Notes under the pieces: model-generated | What the model was told of the DNA's origin: nothing | The model's database searches: none | The model's input: the letters and a program-made list of their open reading frames with translations, nothing else | Program-made: the position numbers and the translations under genes | Shown here: positions 1 to 8,684 of the stretch, one piece after another | Numbering within the stretch: the first letter of the stretch is position 1 | Layout of the letters: every line of letters starts with the position of its first letter | Origin: an uncultured Methanosarcinales archaeon | GTDB taxonomy: Archaea; Nanobdellota; Nanobdellia; Woesearchaeales; GW2011-AR9 | Length of the DNA: 47,844 nucleotides | Direction of reading: 5' to 3' | NCBI GenBank assembly: GCA_964362365.1 | Contig: CAYIEF010000005.1 | Coordinates: 1-47,844 of the forward strand

Positions 1-102
1 CCAAAAGGGCATCCAAGCTTATAAATGGTTGGCGAAATAATTTCCGGACACGACAAAAGGTTTGCTCATGCGGAAAGTATATAAAGAAGGCAGTTGTACT
101 TA

Positions 103-1095
103 ATGAAAATGTTAGGGCTGTTCAAAAAAGTAATCTTGATGGGGATAGTTTTGATGTTAGTATTGTTTCCTGGCGTTTTGGCAGTAACCCAAGCCGAACC
201 GAGCCAGCCGGTGTATTATCCAACACCTCAGCCAACTCCAGATGTAAAAGAGCTGATCGTAGAATTAGAACTAAGGCCTGATCCTGCTCAACAGCAGACA
301 GCTTTTTATCCCCACGGCTTAGGAGGATTTCAAGTTGGTGGCGCTTTTTGGGTTGATGTTTATTTGGTTCCGCCGTTTTCCTATAATCTCTTAGAAACAC
401 GTATAGAATTATCTTCACCAGCAGACAAAGCGGTAATTGTGTCGGCAACTGATCCTAAATTTAAAGGAGTGAGTGGGGTTCTTCCAGACCTGATTTCATT
501 TACTACCACCGAGACTGCTGATTATCCGGCCGTTACAAAAATTGCTTTACACTACAAACCGACTTCCGGGACGCTCAGAAGCATGGCTAAGTCAAGAATA
601 CATTTTGGCAGCTTTAAAGCATGGTCTGCTTTAGAAGATTCCAAGGTTCTGAATAATTTAGTTTTTACTTTAGAACCTGACTCCACGAAAAGCTACTCCT
701 GGTATTCTTACGAATCCGGTGGCGGTACAACACTCAGCATGTATTCCGGTGCGACTCTAAAGCTGGGGGGCATAAAAGCTGTTTCTCCCACGGCTTGTTC
801 GTATAAAGCGGCAAATCTCTGCAAAGGGAAATGCGGCGTTGTTGACAATGGCTGCGGCGGAGCAGTTGATTGCACAGCAGTGGCAGGCCAATCATCGACT
901 TGTGCAATAGGCCAAGTTTGTGTAAGTAATGCTTGCGTGTCAGCAGTTTCCCTGGCGCTTCCAGCAACTGCTCCCTCGCATGACAAAACAGTTCTTCAGC
1001 AAGTTTCTGATGCTGTTAGCAATGCAAAGTTAACAAAGCTGCAAAAATTAGCGGCAATCGTCAACGCCGTCAAAGCCTGGCTGGCAGCCCAGTAG
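103..1095 (+). CDS. Secreted surface protein with a beta-rich domain, Cys-rich segment and C-terminal amphipathic helix (module A, copy 1)
   Basis: Hydrophobic signal peptide ending in VLA. Cys-rich CGVVDNGCGGAVDC...CAIGQVCVSNAC segment. Paralogous to 3448..4689. A TATA box (tatataaa, ~78-85) favours ATG 103 or 109 over TTG 94. Confidence 0.75.
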   Translation: MKMLGLFKKVILMGIVLMLVLFPGVLAVTQAEPSQPVYYPTPQPTPDVKELIVELELRPDPAQQQTAFYPHGLGGFQVGGAFWVDVYLVPPFSYNLLETRIELSSPADKAVIVSATDPKFKGVSGVLPDLISFTTTETADYPAVTKIALHYKPTSGTLRSMAKSRIHFGSFKAWSALEDSKVLNNLVFTLEPDSTKSYSWYSYESGGGTTLSMYSGATLKLGGIKAVSPTACSYKAANLCKGKCGVVDNGCGGAVDCTAVAGQSSTCAIGQVCVSNACVSAVSLALPATAPSHDKTVLQQVSDAVSNAKLTKLQKLAAIVNAVKAWLAAQ

Positions 1096-1105
1096 GAGGA
1101 GTTTA

Positions 1106-2068
1106 ATGATGAGGGGAGTAAAGAAGACGTACAAACGCTTATTTCTGCATACACATGAAGCGCATCCCCCAAGAAACGGTCCTTTAAGAAACAAAGGAGA
1201 ATCTGGCAAACTGTTTGTTATTACTATTATTGGGATGGTTCTTGTTTTGGCCTTGCTTTTATCTTCTCAAGGGCAACTGACAGGGAACGGCTTTTTTACT
1301 GGCGAGGTAAATACTGCGGGAACTGAACTTGTCGCTGCGCCAGTTTATGAAAATCAACCGTTTTCCTTAAAAGTAAGGGCAAATACGGATAAGGAAATCA
1401 GTGTGATTGGTTTCGAATTAAAACTTCCTTCGGGCATGAATTGCGCAAATGTTCAGGATATTCAGAATTTACTTGGCTGGGACGTCGAATCCGAAAAAAC
1501 TTGCGATGCTAGCCAGAAAAAAATTATTTTTGAATATGCAACTTTTGGTGCAGGAAAATCGGAAAAATTTGATGCTGCTCAAATAGATTTTACAGGAATG
1601 CCTAAAGGCAATTATGCGTTTACCTTTAAATCCTTCCAAGCATTTGATTCCCAAAATAAAAATATTATTCAAAAGGTTCTCAATCCGGTGGTGGAAGTAC
1701 AATCTGCGCCATCTCCGGAAGCATCTTCTTCACCTGCATCTGCCGGGGGAGCTGCTCCAACTGCATCTGCAGAAGAAGTTACTCCAACTGCGTCTGCCAA
1801 AGAAGTTACTCCAACTGTACCTGTAGAGGAAGTCACTCCAACTGCATCTGCCGAGGAAGCTGCCTCAGAGATCCCCGCAAAGAAAGTTTCAATAACCAAG
1901 GCGGCGGAAGCGTTAAAGGCGGCGTCGAAAAAGCTGGTTGCTATGGGGAAAAATAATTTTAAGGTTGCTTGGCTGGCAGCAGCGGTGCTGGCAGTATTCA
2001 TAACCGCTATTGTCATTATAGTTTATCTAAGGAGAAAGAAAAGAAAAGTAAAAGTTCAAAAGGGATAA
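1106..2068 (+). CDS. Membrane-anchored surface protein with a cohesin-like domain and Ala/Pro/Thr/Glu linker (module B, copy 1)
   Basis: N-terminal TM, a beta-sandwich region paralogous to the N-terminus of 4701..7412, EEVTPTASA repeats, C-terminal TM and basic tail RRKKRK. RBS agggag upstream. Confidence 0.75.
   Translation: MMRGVKKTYKRLFLHTHEAHPPRNGPLRNKGESGKLFVITIIGMVLVLALLLSSQGQLTGNGFFTGEVNTAGTELVAAPVYENQPFSLKVRANTDKEISVIGFELKLPSGMNCANVQDIQNLLGWDVESEKTCDASQKKIIFEYATFGAGKSEKFDAAQIDFTGMPKGNYAFTFKSFQAFDSQNKNIIQKVLNPVVEVQSAPSPEASSSPASAGGAAPTASAEEVTPTASAKEVTPTVPVEEVTPTASAEEAASEIPAKKVSITKAAEALKAASKKLVAMGKNNFKVAWLAAAVLAVFITAIVIIVYLRRKKRKVKVQKG
1757..1858 (+). repeat. ~27-bp in-frame tandem repeats (EEVTPTASA, 3-4 copies)
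   Basis: gaagaagttactccaactgc / aaagaagttactccaactgt / gaggaagtcactccaactgc units are visible at 27-bp spacing. Confidence 0.85.
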
Positions 2069-2087
2069 CCTCACCTGCGCCAATGCA

Positions 2088-2113
2088 AGAAATGAAGAAA
2101 CTACTTCATTTCT
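2088..2113. terminator. Stem-loop downstream of module B
   Basis: AGAAATGAAG-aaacta-CTTCATTTCT forms a perfect 10-bp stem, followed by T-rich tracts. Terminator function is inferred. Confidence 0.4.
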
Positions 2114-2245
2114 GCACAGAAATAAAATCTTTGTTTGATTTCTTGTGTTGTTTTTTTTAAGAAGATGAACTATTTTCGTGATGCGAATCAGTTTCGGGAT
2201 AACAGACTTTTTTTTGTGTTAGCGAAAGTTTTAAATAGTTAAAAC

Positions 2246-2270
2246 ATTACAATTACATTACAATGGTAAT
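2246..2270 (+). promoter_or_regulatory. Putative autoregulatory operator of the RHH gene
   Basis: Three ATTACA copies plus an inverted GTAAT lie just downstream of the TATA box (ttttaaat, ~2229-2237) and span the start codon. Confidence 0.5.
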
Positions 2271-2520
2271 GGATACACTTCAGGTGAGATTGAGTCCCGG
2301 TTTAGTAGAAAGAATAGATGATTTAGTGGGAACAGGAATTTATGCTAACAGATCTGATGCTATTAGGGATGCTGTTAGAAGGTTAATTTTAGGTAATTTA
2401 GTAGGCATTATACCAAACAAAGGAGATACTGTTAAGGAAATACGCGAAATGAGGAAGAGATTATCTAAAGATGTTAAAAGCTTTAAGGATGTTGAAGAAA
2501 TTAACAAGCTAATTGGTTAA
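2263..2520 (+). CDS. Ribbon-helix-helix (CopG/MetJ-type) regulator or antitoxin
   Basis: LQVRLSPGLVERIDDLVGTGIYANRSDAIRDAVR matches the RHH pattern (beta strand, then G-x-Y-x-[NS]-R-S-[DE]-x-I-R-x-A). Confidence 0.9.
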   Translation: MVMDTLQVRLSPGLVERIDDLVGTGIYANRSDAIRDAVRRLILGNLVGIIPNKGDTVKEIREMRKRLSKDVKSFKDVEEINKLIG

Positions 2521-2937
2521 ATCTTCTGGCCTATATACTTCAATATGTTTGCTTGCAAAATCCATTAAGTCTTTATCTCTGGTGATCAATGGAATGTTTA
2601 ATCTTTTTGCAATTGCAACATGTAGATAATCATAAAAACTAATTTTACATTGTTCTTGATGTTCAAACTGTCGTGCTAAGTCATAATCCTCCGGAACAGT
2701 CTTAATAAGTTTTATTGATTCATTGTCGTTGAAAAATTTCATTACTAACTTCAATTTTTCTTCAAGCTTGAATGAAAGTTCTTTTATCACTATTGTAGAG
2801 ACAATAATTATATTTTCATCTTCGATGAAATCTTTCGCTAATTTCCAATAAGGGTCTCCTTTAGTTGAATCTCCTTCTTTCTTGAAGAGATTGATCCAAA
2901 TACAGGAGTCGACGTAGTAGGTTTTTGGTGCGTTCAC
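2509..2937 (-). CDS. PIN-domain (VapC-like) ribonuclease
   Basis: PIN motifs YVDSCIW, E (IKEL), SFYDYLHVAIA and LITRDKD. The GTG start overlaps the upstream TGA stop. Confidence 0.9.
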   Translation of the reverse strand: MNAPKTYYVDSCIWINLFKKEGDSTKGDPYWKLAKDFIEDENIIIVSTIVIKELSFKLEEKLKLVMKFFNDNESIKLIKTVPEDYDLARQFEHQEQCKISFYDYLHVAIAKRLNIPLITRDKDLMDFASKHIEVYRPEDLTN

Positions 2938-3293
2938 GAGATTTCTCTTTGCTCAACTTTCTTTTCAAATTTAGTGACTTTAATCTTTTTACCAATGTCA
3001 TCATCGATGTCATAATGGATGTCTGCATCATAATAACAGTATTTGTATCCTAATTTCTCTACTAGATACCATAAAATCTGTTCATAAAATGCCGGCAGGC
3101 ATTCAACTCGATACCCTTTTCCGAGAGATTCTCCTTTATCTATCTCCTTACCTCTCAACCTTTCAGCGAACTTTTTTGCCTCCCTCAAATCTTTTTCAAA
3201 TTGTTGAGCTTCCACAGCTTTGCCGATAAGAATCTCTCTGTGTTCGCCTTCATACCAATCATATTGTATCTTAAATATATTGAAATCAACCAT
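2934..3293 (-). CDS. Hypothetical protein, translationally coupled to the PIN gene
   Basis: Clean ORF. Likely start MVDFNIFK at 3293 after RBS gaggcg. GTGA stop/start overlap with the PIN gene. Confidence 0.7.
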   Translation of the reverse strand: MVDFNIFKIQYDWYEGEHREILIGKAVEAQQFEKDLREAKKFAERLRGKEIDKGESLGKGYRVECLPAFYEQILWYLVEKLGYKYCYYDADIHYDIDDDIGKKIKVTKFEKKVEQREIS

Positions 3294-3447
3294 GGTAGCG
3301 CCTCTTTTTAATGAACTTTTTGACTGCTCTATAAAAGTATTATTGGATTTCAAACTCTAGTTCTGTGAAGTATATGGTGTAATCTTTCGAGAAACCAATC
3401 GGAAGCTATATAAACCTCAAAAGAATTTCTAATAACGGTGATTTAGC

Positions 3448-4689
3448 ATGCTCAAAAAGACGGTGTTGATGGGGATACTCTTAATTGCCGTACTTGTTTT
3501 AAGTGGCTGCGGGACGTATCAGTCGAATTGTGTTGAATCAAGCAGTCAAAAGTGTTACGGTAAAATAGTGGTACCTAAAGCAAAAAGTGATGGTACTTGT
3601 GATGCAGATCAAAAAAATATAAACGGGTGGTGTTATGCTGTTGGAGATGCATCCAGGTGCAGTAAGCTCAATGGTCTAGGCGATTTCAAGTTGACCTGGG
3701 CTTCTGTGTATGTACCCAAATATAACACTAACATTTGTTATTCTACCTGCTCAACAAGTGCTGATTGCGGTACTGGATATTCTTGTCTGACAGAAAAAGA
3801 TTCTACTGCAAAAGACATTAAAGTGTGTACCCCTTCATGTAAGACTTTAGGATCCACATCAGAATGTCTTCCAGGTTTAACTACCTGTCAGGATTTTTTA
3901 TTGTGCAGACCCAACGCTGATTTATCTCAAGTTTCTCTTCAGCAAGTAGTTCAAATTTCTCCACAAGTTTCTCCGCAAGTAGTTGGACTGCTGGCAGATC
4001 CCAATGAATTGCTGGTCGAATTGGAAGAGAATAGAATTAACAGATCCCACGCTTGGATTAATATTTATTTAACGTCTGCAACTCATACGCAAATTCAAGC
4101 CATAAACAACTTAAAATTTGTGTCTTCCCCTTCCAGTAGCTTTATTAAAGTTGAATTCCACCCTTTTTTTAAAAATCTTCAGGTCGTTATGCCGCCTTCA
4201 CAACTTTCCATCAGTGGCAGTGGGCCATTTCCTATCACCCCAAAAGCAAAAACGTACCTAGGGAGGGTATATCTTCAGAATGAAAATGGAAACCCAGCTA
4301 CCATGCAAATAACCTTGGATCTGGCAGTTTCAGGTGTCTTTTACGACCAATACAATGCTAAGTTTGCTCTCAAAATGACGCCGTTCTCGTTTTGTGCTCC
4401 CGACGCAACCATGGGGCTTATTCCTGGAACGAACTGCGGGGCGTGGGCTGAAGGATGTGGTAGATTCGTAGACGCTGGTTCTTGTTTGGAGGGAAAGGTT
4501 TGCGTAAGTGGCTTCTGTCAGTCAGCATTATCCCAAGTTCTTTCTGCAGCTGCACCTCCAAAAGACACGGGTCTCTTGACCAGTGTTTCTAATGTCCTTA
4601 AACAAACGCCCTGCGATCCTAATGATTTTATTTGTAAGGCAGGGAAAATTGATGCAATGCTTACCGCACTCATAGCATGGCTTAATTAA
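3448..4689 (+). CDS. Cys-rich surface lipoprotein (module A, copy 2)
   Basis: Lipobox LSGC and a Cys-rich N-terminal half. ELLVELEE...INIYL region and C-terminal KDTGLL...LIAWLN helix are paralogous to 103..1095. RBS ggtga. Confidence 0.8.
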   Translation: MLKKTVLMGILLIAVLVLSGCGTYQSNCVESSSQKCYGKIVVPKAKSDGTCDADQKNINGWCYAVGDASRCSKLNGLGDFKLTWASVYVPKYNTNICYSTCSTSADCGTGYSCLTEKDSTAKDIKVCTPSCKTLGSTSECLPGLTTCQDFLLCRPNADLSQVSLQQVVQISPQVSPQVVGLLADPNELLVELEENRINRSHAWINIYLTSATHTQIQAINNLKFVSSPSSSFIKVEFHPFFKNLQVVMPPSQLSISGSGPFPITPKAKTYLGRVYLQNENGNPATMQITLDLAVSGVFYDQYNAKFALKMTPFSFCAPDATMGLIPGTNCGAWAEGCGRFVDAGSCLEGKVCVSGFCQSALSQVLSAAAPPKDTGLLTSVSNVLKQTPCDPNDFICKAGKIDAMLTALIAWLN

Positions 4690-4700
4690 AGGTACGAACA

Positions 4701-7412
4701 ATGAGAAGACGAGTACAAAAAGTTTACAAGAAACTGCCGCCGCACACGTATGAAGCGCATCCGCTTACCAATGCAGGCGAAGCAAGCAAGCCATTAATTA
4801 TCGGCATCATTGCTATTGTTGCCGTTATTGCCTTATCTTTACTTCTGCTTTTTTCGGACCAATTGGTAGGGAAAGCATATGGTGGTCCATTAAACAGCGC
4901 TGGCGCTGATCTTAATTCTGTAAAAGCGTATACCAATCAACAATTTTCTTTTAATGTGAGCGCTAACATAGGCCCATCTAAGAGCACTAAATCTATTGCT
5001 TTTGAATTGCAGCTTCCTCCCGGAATAACTTGCAGCCAAGTCACGGTGACTAGTCTTCTTACAGGATGGACAAATTATGTTCCAAATCCTTGCGACAGTT
5101 CTAATAAAATTAGTTTTTTTTATGCCACTACTGATCAAAGTCTTTTCAAGACAGGTGTGATAGATGCTGCTAAGATAACTCTTTCCTCTACAGCAAAAAA
5201 AGAAGAGGGTTATTTATTTGATTTGAAATCTTTTGCTGTTTTTGATTCACAACAAGCTTCTACTAATCTTATAGATCAGAATAATATTAATGATATTACT
5301 GTTAATGTTATTGATCCAGTCTGCGGCGACAGCGATGTCAACCAAATGAGCGAGCAATGTGACGACGGTAATACTGCCAATGGTGATGGCTGTTCTGCAG
5401 CGTGTCAGACAGAAGTTGCTCCTGCAGTCTGCGGCAATGGCGTGAAGGAAGGAACGGAAGAATGTGACTTAGGGAAGGACAATGGGGGGATTACTAAAAC
5501 CTGTAGTAGTACCTGTAAAACTTGGCTTTCCTGCACTCCAAATAATGCCAATGGCGTGGTAATGACAACCACTGCGGGAGAACAAACCTTTGAAGCGAAA
5601 TGCAATCCGCTTGATTTTACTCTGAGGGTTGTAGTAAATTGTCAAGCAAATCCTGTAAGTTACACTTTAGCAAATGTTAAGTGTTCTTCTGGAAATGTGT
5701 GCAAACTGGATGAGAATAAGGTAGCAATGTGTGTTTCCCTAACCTGCGGCAACGGAAAAGTAGAAGCAGGTGAAACCTGTGACGATGGTAATACTGCCAA
5801 TGGTGATGGCTGTTCTGCAGCATGTCAGAAGGAAGAAGCGCTTCCTCCGCCTCTTCCACCAGTTCCTGGAGAAGTTCCGCCTACCGAATTCCAATGCGTC
5901 ACTCCACCTTCAGGTTTAGTAAGCTGGTGGGCTGGAGAAGACAATGCATATGATTTGCAAGCTAAAAATGCAGGTCAATTAAAAGGTGGCTTGTCCTTTA
6001 CTTCCGGGAAAGTCGGAAAGGCATTCCAATTCGATGGTGTTGACGATTACGTAGAAATTCCAGACAGTCCTAGTCAAACTCCTGCAGCAATGACGCTGAT
6101 GGCATGGATAAAGTGGAAGAAAGGCACTACCATAATCTCAAAATGGGATAGCTTTCTTAGTCAAGCGAGTTGGTATCTTTTAGTGAATGGAGACGAGTTG
6201 AGATTCTTGGTTGGCGGTACTGGTGGCCAAGCAAGTGAAATCGACACAGATAATGTAAATCTTGTTGTTGATCAGTGGTATCATGTAGTAGCAGTATATG
6301 ATTCAGCTAATAAGTTAATGAAAATATACGTCAATGGTGTAGAAGTTCCAAGTACAGTAACTCCTAATTCAGCTTTTGTATCGCCTTTTGATGGTACAGC
6401 TCCTGTTCGTATTGGTGCATCAGTGGGTTCAGGAGGAGTAGCTTTCAATCCTTTCAACGGCCTCATCGACGAAGTTGCTTTCTGGAACAAAGCTTTAACT
6501 GCTCAAGAGATTAAATCAATCTATGATGCAGACACAGCAGGAATGTGTAGACCTGCACTAGCAGTCTGCGATGACACTCATCCTACCTCATGCACCACCC
6601 AAATGACTTGCACTAGTGCCAATAATTATTGGTCTAACAATGCTTGTTATGATGCTTGTATTGCTGGCACGGAAGATCCAAATAATGATAACGTTTGCAC
6701 TCCTGTAGCACTTCCTCCGCCCCCCCCACCAGTTCCTGAAGAAGTTCCACAATACCAATGCACTGAAACAGTCCCCAGCGATTCCGTACTTTGTTTGGAC
6801 GACGATAAAGGCTTGTCTCAGAACACCGCTAGAACTCTGGTCCAAAGCTGCACCATGCAGACCAAGTGCGAATATGCCTGCAACCAGGGTTATCATTTCG
6901 AAAATGGTGCTTGTGTACCAGTTCAACCACAATATCAATGTACTGGCACTCCTCCAAGCTATGCGCAACTTTGTTCAGGAGACAATACTGGATTATCACA
7001 AAACACTGCAGTCAAGGCTGTTTCTCAATGCAGTGATCCCATGAAATGTGAATATCAATGTGATTCTGGTTACGCTCCTAATGCGCAAGGGACAAATTGC
7101 GAAGCTGCGGTAACTGTACAAGGTACAAAAGTAACTCTTACTGATGTTCCAACTGCAAATAATGTTTTCAGCACTAAAATAACTGCAACGGAAACATTCA
7201 CGCAAGAAATAACTATCTACACTCTTCTTTACGACGTGAATGGTAAAGTGCTGGCATTAAAATTAGAGAAAGTAGCAGGTTTAACCAAAGATCAAACTTA
7301 TACTGCAGCGCTCAACTATCCAGAAGCCAATGTAAAGAGAAAGTCAGTAATACTCTATGACGTAAAGCAAAATCCAGCGGTCTTTGGCAGCTTGGAAGTA
7401 GGAAAGTCTTAA
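4701..7412 (+). CDS. Large surface/adhesin protein: cohesin-like domain, Myxococcus-type Cys-rich repeats (DUF4215-like), LamG domain and EGF-like repeats (module B, copy 2)
   Basis: CDDGNTANGDGCSAACQ occurs twice, plus CGNGVKEGTEECD. LamG motifs GKVGKAFQFDGVDDYVE, WYHVVAVYD and FNGLIDEVAFWNKALT. Paired CEYxC repeats. N-terminal TM. Confidence 0.9.
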   Translation: MRRRVQKVYKKLPPHTYEAHPLTNAGEASKPLIIGIIAIVAVIALSLLLLFSDQLVGKAYGGPLNSAGADLNSVKAYTNQQFSFNVSANIGPSKSTKSIAFELQLPPGITCSQVTVTSLLTGWTNYVPNPCDSSNKISFFYATTDQSLFKTGVIDAAKITLSSTAKKEEGYLFDLKSFAVFDSQQASTNLIDQNNINDITVNVIDPVCGDSDVNQMSEQCDDGNTANGDGCSAACQTEVAPAVCGNGVKEGTEECDLGKDNGGITKTCSSTCKTWLSCTPNNANGVVMTTTAGEQTFEAKCNPLDFTLRVVVNCQANPVSYTLANVKCSSGNVCKLDENKVAMCVSLTCGNGKVEAGETCDDGNTANGDGCSAACQKEEALPPPLPPVPGEVPPTEFQCVTPPSGLVSWWAGEDNAYDLQAKNAGQLKGGLSFTSGKVGKAFQFDGVDDYVEIPDSPSQTPAAMTLMAWIKWKKGTTIISKWDSFLSQASWYLLVNGDELRFLVGGTGGQASEIDTDNVNLVVDQWYHVVAVYDSANKLMKIYVNGVEVPSTVTPNSAFVSPFDGTAPVRIGASVGSGGVAFNPFNGLIDEVAFWNKALTAQEIKSIYDADTAGMCRPALAVCDDTHPTSCTTQMTCTSANNYWSNNACYDACIAGTEDPNNDNVCTPVALPPPPPPVPEEVPQYQCTETVPSDSVLCLDDDKGLSQNTARTLVQSCTMQTKCEYACNQGYHFENGACVPVQPQYQCTGTPPSYAQLCSGDNTGLSQNTAVKAVSQCSDPMKCEYQCDSGYAPNAQGTNCEAAVTVQGTKVTLTDVPTANNVFSTKITATETFTQEITIYTLLYDVNGKVLALKLEKVAGLTKDQTYTAALNYPEANVKRKSVILYDVKQNPAVFGSLEVGKS

Positions 7413-7419
7413 TTTCACC

Positions 7420-8373
7420 ATGAAAAAATTGTTCCTTTTTGCAGTACTTTTTTTACTATCTTTTTCCTTAGCTGCAGCAGTTCCTCAAGTCTCTACCAAC
7501 AAAGCGGAATATAGCGGCAGCGAAGTTGTTACTGCAACCATAACTGATTGTGTGGGAACGTCTCTGGCTGAATTTCGTAACCCTGGCGGTGACGTGGCAG
7601 ACATCAAGACAGGAAAAGACAACTGGAGTGCTTCCTACAATACTCTTTCTGATTCCGCTGACGGAAAATATACTGTTTCTGCAACCTGCACTAATGGAGC
7701 AGGACTAGGAAACTTCTGTGTCGATGCTCCAGGATGCATTCCTGCTGAAACAACTACCACTACTGGGGGTGGCGGAATTACCTGTACGCCGAACTGGAGC
7801 TGTAGCGAATGGTCTTACTGTGGTCCAAATCTGATGCAAACCCGTTCTTGCACAGATTTAAAAAATTGTCGAGCAGCAAGAGAGGAATCCCAACCTTGCC
7901 AGGCCTGCCAAGAATCCTGGGTTTGCTCAATATGGGCAGAATGTAGTGCTGGAATACAAACCAGAGCATGTTATGATGAACATTTATGTGACACTACCAA
8001 TAACAAACCAGCGATTCAAAAAGTATGCAAGCAAGCAGATCCCTTTCCTCCTCCAAGCAGGATTTCTACTCAATTGCCGCCCCCATACATCCCTCCCCCT
8101 GTCGTGCAACAAAGTTTCCTTTCCAAAGTGTGGAATAATTATAAATTCTATATAATTGGCGGAGCAGCAGCAATTGTACTTGCCGCACTGGTGTTGTTAG
8201 CTCTTCATCTATTAATGCCTAAAAAAGTAGCCTACAATCTCAACGAATTGAAACAATGGGTGCGAAAAGAAAAAGAGATGGGAACTTCTGATGAAGATAT
8301 CCGCCAAATTCTAAAACAGAATACCGGCTGGGCGGATGATGAAATTGCTATGGCCTTTGAAAGTCTGCGGTAG
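7420..8373 (+). CDS. Secreted and membrane-anchored Cys/Trp-repeat protein
   Basis: Signal peptide, two CxxxWxCxxWxxC (TSP1-like) repeats, Pro-rich linker, TM, and a small cytoplasmic helical domain ending GWADDEIAMAF. Confidence 0.8.
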   Translation: MKKLFLFAVLFLLSFSLAAAVPQVSTNKAEYSGSEVVTATITDCVGTSLAEFRNPGGDVADIKTGKDNWSASYNTLSDSADGKYTVSATCTNGAGLGNFCVDAPGCIPAETTTTTGGGGITCTPNWSCSEWSYCGPNLMQTRSCTDLKNCRAAREESQPCQACQESWVCSIWAECSAGIQTRACYDEHLCDTTNNKPAIQKVCKQADPFPPPSRISTQLPPPYIPPPVVQQSFLSKVWNNYKFYIIGGAAAIVLAALVLLALHLLMPKKVAYNLNELKQWVRKEKEMGTSDEDIRQILKQNTGWADDEIAMAFESLR

Positions 8374-8453
8374 CCGCAAGTGACCGCAAGCAACAAAAAA
8401 AATTTTCCAGCATAAATTTTTAAAATTTTGCAACTATTTTAACCATCTACACA

Positions 8454-8638
8454 GGCACAATTCAAAAAGTGAGTGATTTTGCTCGTTTTTGTTATTAGCT
8501 TTGGCGAGTAGTTAAGGAAGGTTAAGGAATATTCTCGTTTTAAGCTCCTATCTGCCGCATTTCTTGTAAGTTCAAAAATAGAACTAAGAAAAAAGTGAGT
8601 GATTTGAGAAATGCATCACTCACAAAATGGATAGTGCC
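8454..8638. mobile_element. 185-bp non-autonomous MITE, IS1595-family-like
   Basis: Left end GGCACAATTCAAAAAGTGAGTGAT matches the reverse-complemented right end GGCACTATCCATTTTGTGAGTGAT at 18/24 positions. Flanked by an exact 8-bp direct repeat TCTACACA (8446-8453 and 8639-8646). No internal transposase. Confidence 0.75.
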
Positions 8639-8684
8639 TCTACACAGATATTTTAATATAGTACAACAATTTGTAAATTACAAA

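Noticed and set aside
8595-8684. GTG start of the beta-helix ORF
   Set aside because: It lies inside the MITE. The signal peptide begins after ATG 8685/8694.
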